DNA of 64,000 nt from Hemiscyllium ocellatum (taxonomy: Eukaryota), in assembly GCF_020745735.1 (NCBI RefSeq), contig NW_026867509.1:1736001-1800000 (forward strand). Direction: 5' to 3'. The notes below the pieces were generated by a model. It had not been told where the DNA came from, did not search any database, and was given only the letters and a program-made list of their open reading frames with translations. A program made the position numbers and the translations under genes. Positions 25,214 to 38,477 of this stretch are shown here, in pieces; position 1 is the stretch's first letter, and the number at the start of each line of letters is the position of its first letter.

Positions 25214-26469
25214 TGTGGGGAAAGAAACATCTCTTCATGTTGTTTCTTTTCTATAAGAGTATCGCAGAGTACAATGCTTAATCTGCATTTAATGCAGAAA
25301 ATTATGGAAAACCAGGACAAATAACAAAATGGCAGAACGTCCATTCTCCACCTCTGACAATTAACTGCAATCGATCCTGAGCAAATGTAGAACAATTGAA
25401 AATTCGTCCTTTCTAGAGGAGAGGCGAACTCATGATCTATGTCCCATCCCCAGCCCTACCTGCTTGCAGTCTGCAATGTTCTTGGCCAAGTGCAATTTGT
25501 TAATTTATTTATGACTCTCCCTATTTCAGTTCTTCCTAAATGTTCCCATCCATTCATTCTGTAAGCGCTCCTTTCATTCCAGCCTTGCTGCATCACTCTG
25601 TGCTCCATTGCCATTCTTTATTTTTCAGACCAATCGTTTCTATTCATCCCAGTTTCTTCTTCATGATAGCCTGAAATGTATCATTATTAAGAAGAAAACC
25701 CAGTACCCAGTCCAAATGTTTGAACCGCTTCCCCATGAATGATGTTTTCAATTGATCATTGACGCTGTATGTTTTACACTCCATGCTCCTACTGATCAAC
25801 CTCGGATTCTTTAACTGGGTATCAACATTACCAAGTTCTTACCCAGTTCCTGCATCAGATATCTTTTATTTCTCTCGATCTCTCTCTCTCTGTTCGTTTA
25901 TTCAGTTACAAAGTGGGAAATTTATGGTAATAATTACTGGAGAAGGTCCGCAGTTCTGGAGGCATCTGTGAAGAGAAAGCTGTGTTAACATTTCGAATGC
26001 AGTGACACTTATTCAGATTTTTTTTTGCTTGCACTCTTTGATATTTCTGCTTACACGTTTTGATTTATTTTTCAGGAAGACAGAAAGCATGTTTTCAGAT
26101 AGAATTTAGAGCTCCAATTCATTTATGCATTTGACCGTTACTCATTGCCATTCTAGTCTTTTACAAGAGTGAACTTTCCTAATGGTGCTGATGTGCAGCT
26201 GTAGGTGGTTCATTCAGTTATTATTTTTCTTTTATTAATACTGTCAAACTCGTTTCTAAGTCACTAGAAAATTTGCTTTCCTTATTTTTAACCTTTTAAT
26301 GAAATAATTCAAGGGAAGAATTCATGTTTTCAGATTGGAACTTACTTAAATAAAAATTCAAAAGCAATGTGGAATGTAAACCTCCATAGTTACCTGTCAG
26401 AAGTACTCCTCAGACAAACCAGACACTGAGTAGCTGCAATCTCGCGAAAGGAGAGTCAGGAATGGGAAG

Positions 26470-29400
26470 CGTTATGGACCAGGCTAGACTGCTCAAAACA
26501 GTTCAAGAAGGTAGCGCTGACCCCAACTTTGCTCGTGTTTTATGGAGGAATAAAGCGAATATTCCGGGGGGACGGGGGTGGAGAGAATGGATTTCAGGTC
26601 GTCAAACCACTTAGTTTCAAACAAAACATAATTTATTTACAAAATTACTGAATGAAGCACAAACAACATAAAACAGAATACTGAATAACTTGACCTCGCC
26701 GAAAACCCAACAGATCACTCCAACTAAATGATGCTGTTCCAAATATTTGCAGCAATCCCCATAAACACCCCTTCCCTCCAAAGGTAAAATCAAACTCAAA
26801 TTCTTTCAGGTGGAAGTCAGAAAGAGAAGTAAAAAGAGAGTCAGTAAACTTGAAAAGCTCGGCCTGAGGCAGGATCTGTTAACAGAATGGCACTAAAATC
26901 CGACGTCACAGATATTTCCATGTCTGTAACTTCCGGCCTCTGAAAATAAAACCACTGACTGCATAACTGTGTTAAAGTAGCAGCTTCGTCACACCTCCCC
27001 CTTTAAAAATAATGAATCAAAAATATCCAAAGATGGCTTAATTTTTCAGACATTTCAATATTTACTAGTATTCTAAGACACACATATGCCACTACATTTG
27101 CTATAAACGTGCAAATATGCACGTTTAGTCTGTTTTACTCCTGCCAACGAATACCTGCGCTTCTCATTCGAGTCTTGACAATACGTCGGCAATCACACTT
27201 TCCTGTTCTATCACATGCACAATTTTCAGATTGAATGGTTGTAACAACAAATTCGATCTGAAAGGTCTGTTTGTGTTGTCCTTTAACGTCTCCATGTTAA
27301 CCATTCGGTTATGATCAGGGTGCATGATTGTCTTAGATACATTACTGGGAACATAAACACTAAAATGTCGTAATATCAACACCAAACTCACATACTCCTT
27401 CTCAACTGTCGAATATTTCTGCTGATGTATGTTCAACTGCCTGGAGAAGTACCAGATATATACTTCTGTCTTCTCGTCAACTTTTTTTTAAGAGCGTTGC
27501 ACCAACAACCACATCACTTGCTTTGATAATCACCTTGAATGGTTTTACAGAATTAGATGTGGCTAATACAGGGGCAGTGGTTAACACAGGTTTCAGGCTG
27601 TGAAATGCCTTCTGACCACCCTGTTGTCCGCTGAAACGTCATGCTTTTGTTTAGCAATTCAGTGAGTGGAATAGTCACACTACCAAATTTGTGGTACAAA
27701 TTTTCGATGGCATTCACACAATCCCAGAAACCGCACGATTGCTCTTTTTGTCAATGGTATGGGCAATTTCCCAATTACCTTTGTTTTGCATCGTGTTGAG
27801 CTATTTGCCGTGTTCAATAACTTTTGCCAGGAAGGTCACTTGGGCTTTAACAAATTCGCTTTTATGCCTTCCAAAGCCGATTGAATAAGTCTGATAAAAA
27901 GTCGTAAATGTCACTTCTGTGTCGTGTATAACGATGACTAAAAGTCACCAGGCCATCGATATATGCGACGCAGTTAGGTAACCCAGCAACTGGTTAGTCT
28001 CTGAAACGTGGCTGGCGCATCTTTCATTCAAAGTGGCATGACTTTAAACTCCATTTGGTGTAATCAAAGCCGAAAATGTGTCTGGTCTTTCTGACAAAAG
28101 GACCTGTCAGTATCTCCGAGCAAGGCCAACTGAGAAAAATAAGTTGGTTCTCCCACCTTCATAACATAATCTTCCAATCACGGAATCGGGTATGCAACAG
28201 TCTTTATAACTGCATTGATTTTGTGATCGTCCACACATAACCGTTGAGTGCTATTTGGTTTTGGCACGATTACTATGTGTGAGTTCCAGTCATTGTAACT
28301 CACTTCAAATATGTCTTGGAGCATACATTCCATCTCCTTTTCAAGCTGTGCCAACTTTGAGGGTTATGCCTGTGAGGATGTTTCGACATCAGAACAGCAC
28401 GTTCTATATCTACATCATGCACAATTAGGTAAGTACTTCCTAGCTTAATTCCACATACCCGTCCCACCCAAGTGATAGCAGTAATTCTTTCAGGAAAAGT
28501 CGATTTTCCTCTGGAAAGTTAAGTCAATATTTTTTCCCAATTTTTGACAGTTTCCTCATTGTACAATTTAATTTGAGGAATGTCAAATTCAGAATTCTCT
28601 GAACTTCGCTCTTCCCTCTGTGTTGTAATTGGAAACATATTCTCCTGTTGCTTACCTTCCTTGTCAAAATACCTGTTGAGTATGGTCGCATGACGCACTC
28701 TATGAGATTTGTTTCTGTCGGGAGCCCTTATCAAGCTGTTCACCTCACTAAATTTCCATTCAAGTTGATAAGGTCCACAAAATCTTGCCTTTAAAGGTTC
28801 ACCTACCACTTGAAGTAACAATAATACCTTAGCCCCACAGAAAAATTGCGAAGTGTTGATTTCTTTTCTGCTTCCTGTTTCATTATATACTGTTATGCTA
28901 TTAAAACCCGTCTCGTCAACTCCTTAGCTCTATTTAATCGTTCCCTAAAATTTGACACATAATCCAATTAAGTCGCCTTTTACTTCTGACTATCAATTTA
29001 TTTTTTCATCGATTTTAACGGTCCTCTCACTCCGTTGCCAAAATCTAATTAAAATGGATTGAATTTGATCGATACATTTGGAGCATCTCTGATCACGAAA
29101 ACGCAAATGGAATGATCTTATCCCAATCGGCTGGATAGTCTTGAATATAAACCCTCAACATGGCCTCTAATATCTGATGCCCCCTTTCTAGCTCTCCCTG
29201 CAATGCTGAATGTTACAGAAGAGTAGAATTGTTTAAATCCTAAGATGTCCATAACTTCCTTGAATAATTTTGATGTGAAGTCTGACCCTTGATCTGATTG
29301 TATATCTGTGGGTAGTCCTTATTTCATGGAAAATTTGAGTAATATCACTACAAACCTTTTACCTGCAATTTTGTGTAATGCAACAGCCTCTGGAAATCTA

Positions 29401-30467
29401 GCCGTTTCGTAACACTCCTCTCTTTCTCTTTCATTATCTCCCTCTTCTCTCTCTCTTGCCATATCTTTTTCTTATGCTTTCAGTCGTAATTCGTTGTCCT
29501 TCGCCTCTAACCCAATATGCTTCATTTTGAATTGAGTTTTAACCATCTCTCAAGACTCTGAAGGCGTTTCCAGCAAACATCTATGCTGAGCTCTTGCTGT
29601 AGTTAATTCTCATTTCCTCACACAAGGAGGCAGCTCCAACTCCAGCTTATCTGCTAATTACAGCGGCTTGGCCTTAATCACCTTTAGTAAAACCCCGAAG
29701 CCAGAAAACTCTTGGTAACTGAAAAAGCCATTTCTATGCCAAGCACCATTTAAACTAACCAAAATCAACACCAAGAACAAAAGACGCAAGTACCTTACAC
29801 TCACTGCCTTTGAATCCAACAACTCGAATCCCAATTTGGAACGAGAGCAAATCCTGAACGAGCCCTCAATCTGTTATGGACCAGGCCAGACACCTCCAAA
29901 CATTTCAAGAAGGTATCCACAACCAAAACTTTACTTGTTGTTTTAAGAAGGTGTAAAGAGGATATTCCAGGAGATAATCAGCTGGGAAAACTCCGAGTGG
30001 TTTTAGAAAATAAAGAATTCATTTACTAGATCACTGAATGAAACACGACCACGAAAATAACAAATAACTTAATCTTTCCAAAAACCCAAAAGATCATCGC
30101 AAACTAATGATGCTGTTTCAAATATTTGGAAAAATTCCCAAACACAACTCATGGCACAAAAGTTCAAATCAAATGTAACGCCATCCAGAATACAAGTTAG
30201 AGAGAGTGTACCAGCCTAGACATGCTTCTGTAGATCCTGTTTTGACACCACTGTTAAAAAAAACAGAGATATCTGAACTCGTAGAAATGGCCACATCGCT
30301 TTCATTGTCCAGCTTTCTTTCACAGAAAGCCTCCGCATGAGGTAGTACCCGTTAGATATTATCAAATTCGTCCTAAAACCGTCCACACCAGACTTTTCAG
30401 CGTGTCATTTACGACTTCTCTGAAAAAAAGGACAACATAACTTTGTTAAAGGAACAGTCTCATCTCA
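26470..30467 (-). mobile_element. Decayed, internally deleted Gypsy/Gmr1-like LTR retrotransposon with both LTRs
   Basis: Direct repeats beginning (T/C)GTTATGGACCAGGC at 26470 and 29872. A tRNA-Pro-like PBS (TTGAGGGCTCGTTCAGGATTTG) adjoins the 5' LTR, and the PPT AAAGGGGGGAGG precedes the 3' LTR (26470-26993). Integrase remnants (FPEAVAL, IQSDQGSDF; ARFCGPY) lie upstream of RT and RNase H (QQKYSTVEKE). Confidence 0.85.
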
Positions 30468-30849
30468 GATGACACGAATTCTGAAACCCCGCTCTCAGTG
30501 CGCTGCTGTCTTGTGGTATCAGCTGGTCCCATATTGCTGATTAGTGCTAGTTTCTCATTGTCATTACACGAATGAACATAACATTCTGACACTATATCTT
30601 TTAGCAATTGGATGTAGTTCCTCAGATTTCCAGTAGTCTGGCTATGAAGATTTTTTTTTCTACATGTTCCACGTCTTCATTTTGTTACAGGTTATCTTGC
30701 TGCAAAGTTCATTTTTACGGCACAAATTGGCCATACACCCTCGCTCAATAGTTCCACCTGTTACAAAGTTGGAAGAGTGGATGCTCACGTTAAGGTACAT
30801 AGTGCGTTCTGAATTTGAAGAGTAAATTTGAAGTACAGCCACAACTGCC

Positions 30850-31567
30850 AGAATGCAGAACAGCGAAGAGACGGGCTGATTCAAAGTAGCTAAATGTCAC
30901 AAATGGTTGTTAAATGGTTGCCTGAGTTTTGGTTGTTGTTTTGACAACATTTCAAATTTGACCAATTGATTTAATTCGTTCCCAGGATACTAAAATCCAA
31001 TCGAGTTTGAATTTGTTGACTGAAAAAAATTGGGCCAATGAGAGGGAATGATATTGGGGGATTTAAAAAGCGTGCATTTTGCAAACTTACCAGAGCAACT
31101 GCCATCTGAAGATGTAAACATCTTGTCTCAAAGAAATTTCAGCATGCACTATCCATCAACAGTTTTTTTTCTCCCCTGTAAAAGCTGTAAAAAGTAAAAA
31201 GATGACCCAGGGAAGAATCGGAAGACTGGAAGGAAGACCGAAAGGAAGACAGCATAAGAGGCTTATGGAATTTGAGAAATTAAGCTAATGCAATGTTCGG
31301 TATTTGTGAAATTGGAACTGCATTTTAATGCAATTGTGTTCAGCTCAGGGATAGTGGTTGGTTATGGGAAAGAGTGTTTATCTTGACAATAGTTTTGGTT
31401 AGTTTTCTTTGCTGGGGTTAATTTGATAAATGGTTAAGTTTTATTATGGAGTGTAAATCTGAGACCTTCTTTCATTGAGATATTTTTAACAGATTACGAG
31501 ACGAGGTGAGCTTCTCTGGGTGTTTGGTTTCAATTAGCAGAGGGATTCATCGGCTGCATTATGCCAC
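30850..31567 (+). mobile_element. Possible solo LTR
   Basis: CCAAT, a TATA-like TTTAAAAAG and a GT-rich 3' part ending in CA. Family not verifiable here; boundaries approximate. Confidence 0.3.
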
Positions 31568-32699
31568 ACACCATACGAAACAGTTTGTGGAAACACAAGC
31601 TGCCCTTCTCTAAATTTCAACCCTCAAATCCCATTTCCTACATCACTGGACATAAGTTCAAAGTTAACTGTCAGCTACTCTATCGTTGTATCATTGTATA
31701 TATCAGCTTCAGCTATATAATGATCAAACACTGAGGGGTAGTCCTTGTGGTAAGATCAATAGCCTATTAGTATAAAGTGTTAGGTAATATGCGAGCAATA
31801 GGGATTTCAATCCTGCCATTGAAGACGATAAATCAGCAAAAAAGAGTTACCATTAAGAATTAATGATGACCTCGAATCAGCTTTCAGGAACATCCAATCT
31901 GGTCCAATAAATTGGTGTAGGAAAGGAAGCTGTCGTCCTCGCCTAGTCTAGTGAATCCTACACGTGACACCAAACGGAGAGCCATGTAGTTCTCACTTTA
32001 CTTTTGTCGGAAGTCTGACGGTACCAGGTTGTATTCCAACAGACGAAGCAGTGCTATGAAATATCATGACATTAAATAGACCTGTTGGACTCTAACTTGG
32101 TATTATCAGACTTCTGACTTTGTCCGCCCCAGTCCAAAGCTGGCATCTCTACATTGCAGGTAACTGTACGGATAGGGAAACAATTTCAGCCATACCAACA
32201 ATCATATGCATAAATTAAAAAGGAAATTTCCCTATGATTTTCCGTACTCACTCAGTATATCCTTTCAGCTCTACTAGTTCATTTCATCACCCTGCATTTT
32301 GACAGCAATCGGGGGAAATAAATATTGAAGGCGCCGTTTGTAACTGAATTTTGTTAAATTATCCTCTCTCAAATCAAAGTAACGCTGAGTACACTGTTAA
32401 AGACAGATTGCAACAGCAGGAGAGGATGAACCCCGATAAAGACAGAGAGACGCCATCAGAAGGGAATAAGACGGCACTGAATCATTCACTAATAAATTTG
32501 GGATGCTTTGTAGTGATGCAGAAAGCTACCAGAAGAGGAAAGAATGCACCAGAGCCACACAGTCAGGCGCGATGTTGTATCCTAAGTGGGTAGACAAAGT
32601 TCCATATCGTCGCATGAGGTATTCGAAGATTGACTCAGTATTTCTGTGATAGTTTAAAACTAACATCGTCAGTGAACACGAATTTGTATGAATTTCTGT

Positions 32700-33700
32700 G
32701 TTTACTACATTTTACCAGCTGACTGGAGGACAGGCAAAGTGGTAACGCTATTTCACAATGAAGAAAGGGATAAATCAAGAAACTGCAAGCCACTCACTCT
32801 GAACTCGATTGTTGGTCCTCTGACGGAAAGAAATAATATGCATTTGGATCGTCAGAGACTAACTAAGTGTGAACAGCACAGTATTGTTACGATTGGGGGT
32901 TTTGTGGCACAACTTGCTTGAATTTTTAGAATTGAAGAACACGTCTGTTAAAGAGGACAATGCAGTTAACATAGACTCCTTGGACTTCAAAAAGGCATTA
33001 GATTAGTTCCCGCAGAGGCCACTCAAAACAAAAATAATAGCCCATTCAATTTCAGAAATAATCGCTGTTTAGATCCAGATTTGGGTTTGGGACAGAAGTC
33101 AGTGTCATGGTCGGGCGAGTTTGTATAACTGAAATCCTGATTTCAGTGAAGTTCAGCAGAATCAGTGCTGGAATGATTCTGTCCGTGGCTATATAAGTTA
33201 TTTAAATATGAATGTTAGAAATGTTGATTGATTCGTTCGTGGATGATGTGTAAATTCGTTTTAAATATGTGTGATTAATATTGGGGAAGATAGTCGAACA
33301 TAACAGGAAGAGAGACGGGATTGTCTGATCGACTGATTAGAGGCAAGTTCAATTCAGTCTTCCTAAATGCGAGGCCATGCACGTGGGCGTGACGCCAAGG
33401 TAATGGAATGCATGATGAGCGATGGGACATTGCAAAGCGCCGTGGACCACAGAGACCTTGGCATGCATCTCCATTGGTCCGTTAAGGTGGTGGGATAGAT
33501 ATAAAAGTAACGGGGCATTTGTTTTTATAGCTAGGTCATAGTGCTTCGAATGGTGAGGTCTTGGCGGAACTGCATGCAATGTTGGTTAGGGTGCAGCTAA
33601 ATTACTGTGTTGAGGTTTGAAATTCACAATATAGAAAGAAGTGCATTGTGCAAGAGTGAGTGTCGAAGCAGATTTCTTCGATTTGACTTAGCTGACGAGA
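32700..33700 (+). mobile_element. Heavily decayed CR1 LINE fragment
   Basis: DWRTGKVVTLF..RDKSRNCKPLTL remnant and later RT-like fragments. Confidence 0.65.
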
Positions 33701-33919
33701 TTTATTTATGAATAAAGCATGGATTGACTTGGCTTACTTGCCTGGCAATATGGCAGGCTCAGCGATCATGATGGACAATTATGAAATTATGAGGACCGTC
33801 GATCAAAAGGACAAGAATCAATGTCAATAGAATGGAAAGGAATGAACGTTTCCTATTGGTGGACGTTTCAGTGACCGCTGAATAAATTTAAGGTAAGAGG
33901 CAGTGGGTTCACCGAAAAT

Positions 33920-34230
33920 GTAAAGAAATGTGGTTCTGTTCGCCGAGCTGGAAGTTTTTGCTGCAAACGTTTCGTTCCCTGGCTAGGGAACATCATCAGT
34001 GCTATTGGAGCCTCCTGTGAAGCGCTGCTTTGATGTTTCTTCCGGTATTTATAGTGGTTTGTTCTTGCTGCTTCCGGGTGTCAGTTTCAGCTGTAGTAGT
34101 TTGTATGTGGGGTCCAGGTCGATGTGTCTGTTGATGGATGTTCTTGCCGTTTCCGGGTGTCAGTTGCAGCTGTAGTGGTTTGTATATGGGGTCCAGGTCT
34201 ATGCGTCTGTTAATGGAGTTTGTGGATGGC
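33920..34230 (-). mobile_element. Penelope terminal (pLTR-like) fragment
   Basis: Similar to the 16260-16400 Penelope end (GGAGCCTCCTGTGAAGCGCT, CTGCAGTGG/CTGTAGTGG); ORF fragment RRIDLDPIYKPLQ. Confidence 0.8.
33963..34002 (-). ncRNA. Minimal type I hammerhead ribozyme motif
   Basis: GCA-CUGAUGA-U-GUUCCCU(AGCC)AGGGAAC-GAAAC-GUU-UGC: complete core, perfect 7-bp stem II, 3-bp stem I, palindromic ACGU in place of stem III. Confidence 0.75.
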
Positions 34231-34259
34231 ATACACCCGCACTTGTATCGATCCGCAGC

Positions 34260-35365
34260 ACGCCTCTCGATACCCAGCACCTCCTCTCATACCAGTCACC
34301 TCCTGAATCCCCCTGCACTCCTCACCCTGGCAGTCACCTCCTCCCTCATCCAGTCCCATCCTCCCCATATCACTTCCTCTCCATGCCCTGCACTCATCCC
34401 CCACCCAGTCATCTTCTCGTCATTCCCTGTACACCTCCCTATCCCAGTCGCCTCCTCCATCCACTGCACTGCTCCCACACCTCCTCCCAGTCACTTCTCT
34501 ATCCCCTGCACTCTTCCCGTCGCAGTCACCTTCTACCCCTCCCAGTCACATCCAGTACATCCCCACACTCCGCCTTCTCCCAGTCACCTCGTCTCCATCC
34601 CGTACACTCCTCCTTCTCCCAGTCCAATCCTACCTCTCCCAGTCCCATCCGCCATCCCGTGTATTCCTCCGCCACCCAGTCAACATCGCCCCCTTCCAGT
34701 AACCTCCTCCATCCCGTGCTTACTTCGCCTTCCCAGACACCTTCTCCAAACCCTGCACTCCTCCCCCTAACATCCACTTCCCTCTCCTTCCAGTCACCTC
34801 CTCCATCCGCTGAACTCCTCCCGCTCCAAGGGACACCTCCCCCTCCCAGTCGGATCCTGTTCATCCTAGTCACTTGCTCCACCCCATGCACACAATACCC
34901 TCCCAACCAACTCCTCCATCCCCTGCCGTCCATCCCATCATAGTGACCTCCTCCCCATTCAGTCACCTCCTCCATCCCCTGGACCTCTCCATCTGCATGT
35001 CACCTCGTCCATCCCCTCACTCCTTCCTTTCCCAGTCCCTCATCTACATTCCCTGCACTATGCCCTCTCCCATTCTCATCCTCGATTCCCGGCCCTCAGC
35101 CCTCTCCCCCTCCCCTCCTACAACCTCTGTACTCCTCCCACTCCCTCACCCAGTCAGGTACATCCCTTCCAGTCATTTCCTCAATCCCCTGCACTCCTCC
35201 CACTCCCAGTCACATCTTCCCCCGACACCTCCTTCCCCCAGTCACTCCTCTCCATCCCCTTCACTCCTCTACCACCAGCCACTTCCTCTCCATCCCCTGC
35301 ACTCCTCCTCCCATTCAACTCTCCCCCCATTAACTTCCTTCAATCCCCTGCACTCCAGTCTCTCT
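34260..35365 (+). repeat. C/T-rich degenerate minisatellite (CCCAGTCA, TCCATCCCCTGCACTC units)
   Basis: About 1.1 kb with strong C-rich skew; the Pro/Ser- and Gly/Trp-rich ORFs here are by-products of the repeat. Confidence 0.85.
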
Positions 35366-38300
35366 CGGGGTGGGGCACGGCCTGCTACCATACTGTAGGC
35401 ATTCTACATTGTCAAAAGCTGGTTTTCGTTGACTTCATCTTTCATAATCGCAAATGTAACTTTTGTAACCATATCAGATTCAGTGTATCAAAACGATCAC
35501 TCATCAACATATTGCCATTCACTATTAGATATAAATATCACCATTGCAAGCAGCACCATACAAGGACAATGGAACCTTCGAATAAAAAAAATGACTTTGT
35601 AGTAAAATATTCCTCATGAGAATAAAAATGGTGAAAGAGCAGAGATACACGTTGACACACTATTTAAATCCTGACTGAAGTGAACGTGCTATTGACAATT
35701 TTACAGATGACACAAATGTAAGCGGAAGGGCAAGTGGTGAGGGTGACTCAAAGTGTCCACAATTAGAAAAAGGCGCAGACTGTATCAGTGAGTGTGACTA
35801 CATCGCCCTCTGAGGGAATATCTGTGAAATTTGCACTGGCAGAAAATGAACAATTTCCAGAAGGGCAATGTCAAATGATGAATTCTTAGGATGCATTATT
35901 GAGGTGATTGTATTTCATTACTATTGTCGTCAAAGGAAGGGGAACCATAATTCCATCATGTTTCGTTGAATTGTGATTTAACCTGATCTTTACACTGTGT
36001 GCCACATACTTGTTGTTTTTCACTTTCTTGCAGTTCTCCTTCAACAGTTTCTAGCAATTCTGTCCTCGGCAAGTATAAGTATTGCATTTCCCCACTTTCA
36101 ATTTTTTACCTCAATATTTCTGTTTTAGAAATATATTATTCCAGCCCCTCCGACCACACAGCTAATTATCTTTACTTCTGACCATCTTTAACTTCTGCTT
36201 TTCGATATTTTCTGTTGCATTCTGGTCTCATTTCCCTTATCTCCAATTTCTGAAACCCAGAATTCGTAACACTGATGCTTCAAAATCAACATAACGGTAC
36301 TCTCGAGATCTGTTTATCCTCTTAGATAACATTCGTCATTGTCTATCATACCACCAATTTCGGTGTCATTCACAAATTACTAACCATACCTTCTATATTC
36401 TCAACTAACTTAGTTATGTACATGACAAACCAAAGAAGACCTAACACCTGAGGATAGTGAGTTGTGTGAACCTAAATGTAAGGAGTGTTCCAATACATCT
36501 TCTTCACTTGTCCATCTTGTTGCCAGACGTCGTGCAACTTAGAGATATTGCTGGTGGACCGTTGGTGAGAAACCACAGTCTACCTTACGATGGTGTATAC
36601 CACTGTCCATAGAATGATACTGGTGAAAGTTGCAGGGGGAAGTTTTAACGCCTGCGAATCATGTTGCTTTGCTATGGACGTTGTCGAGCATCTTGGAGTG
36701 TTTTGGAACTGCCTTGTTCCAGATAAGTACGGAGCATTTCAACACATTGCAAACTCCTCCCTTCTGGTCGGCAGACACGCATTGAGCAGACAGGGTATGA
36801 CGTACTTCAGGCAGTAAACCTAACTTCTCACTTATCATTGCATCTCCAATAATTATATCGTTAATCAACTTCAGCTTTTGATTGATAGTAATGCCAGAAA
36901 TTGTTGACAGTCTTAGATTCACGAGTGGCAACCTCTGGATGAAATATTTAGAACAAGTAATGTTTCAGATGTTCACTGCACGGAAATTGGTTGGCCCAAA
37001 TGTCACTTCCCCTTAACAATAGAAATTTGGGTGTTGTTGAGGTCTTCCACGGCATCATGTAGGTGTAATATTTCAATGTGTCAGGAGTCATGTATGATTC
37101 CAAATATTTTGCAATTATCATCGAATGTTCGCACTTTTGACATTGTAATGGAGGCAAGATCATTTATGAAGCAGATGAAGATTGATTGACCTCGAATATT
37201 ATCCTGAGGAACCCCTGCAGAGATGTCCTTGGGCTGAGAAGGCTGGTTTGCAACAACAATAACATATTCCTTTGTGTGAGACAGCGGAGAGCTGGTCTCT
37301 TGATTCCTATTAATTCTACATTTTAGGTGTCCGAGATGGCATATTACTCAAATGCGACCTCTAGTTCACGGGCAGTCATTCTTTTCTCTCACCTGGAGTT
37401 CATGTGTTGTTTCCACTTTTAAACTAAGGCTGCAATTAGAATCGGAGTGATCCTAGCGTGATCCAAGATGAGTATCTATCACCTGCACAAACACAACCTG
37501 ATGGCACTATCGACAGAATCATCCAGCAATTTCTTGTTGGACTGTTCGAACATTAATTGGCCGGGTTGGACTTGTTCTTATTTTTATAATAAGCAACGTA
37601 ATTCGGCAGCATTCCACTTTACAGATAAGTGTTCGTGTTGAAGATAAAATGGAATAGGTTGGCTGAGGGCACGAATGTTGGGAACACAAACCAGAGTTAT
37701 ATGCTCGAACACTGTTGGTTGAGTGACATACATTTCGTGCTTGAGGGATGTACAAGACAGCAGAACTGGAAGCATGTGGTGATAGCAGGTGTCTATGAAT
37801 TCGAAATGTATGCAAATGGAAACATTACTGTCCTTAGAATCTCATTACGATGAGATTAATCAAAGTGAGGTGATGCCAGGCGGATCACCAATCTAGGTCA
37901 AAATGCGTGGGTCAAGGGATGAAATGGATACTATACGAAGGTGAGGGATCCAGACTTGATTCCAGCCTTGTCTGTGTGGGGTTTTCATACTTTGCCTTCG
38001 GATTCGTAAGTTTCTGCTGCATTGTCAGAATTCCTCCCATAATCCAAGATATGCAGGTAAAATGGATTGACCAAGCTAAATTGCGCCATTGTGTCCAGGT
38101 AATGTGGAGGTTAGATGGGTTATCCATTAACAAAGCGGGGTTATGGGGTCATAGTGGGTATGGATGGGTTGCTCTCCGGAGATTTGGTAAATACTCGAAA
38201 CGCCAAACGGCCTCTTTCCACACCTTAGGTATTCTATTTTTCTATAAAGTTTGATTGGATAGGTGGATATTACCAGAAAGAAGAAATTGTAACGGGACAG

Positions 38301-38477
38301 ATTTCTGGAACTGCGGTATTGACAAATGATGTGTCCTGAGTGAGTCCATGTTTTAGAAGAGTCATTATCTCAGAGAGGTGAATGATTTTTTGAGATGATA
38401 TTAATAACAGGCTGGATAAGACAATGGCTGGCATTTGAAATTGCAATACTAGCCTCTCTCCCTTTTGACCACTTACA

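Noticed and set aside
34138-35398. Pro/Ser/His-rich and Gly/Trp-rich ORFs
   Set aside because: By-products of the C-rich minisatellite; open in several frames on both strands with no splice or domain evidence.
37806-37853. Possible exon 1 of GPCR copy D (MYANGNITVLRI)
   Set aside because: Only the ATG TAT start resembles copy E exon 1; there is no YY..GVP motif or donor.
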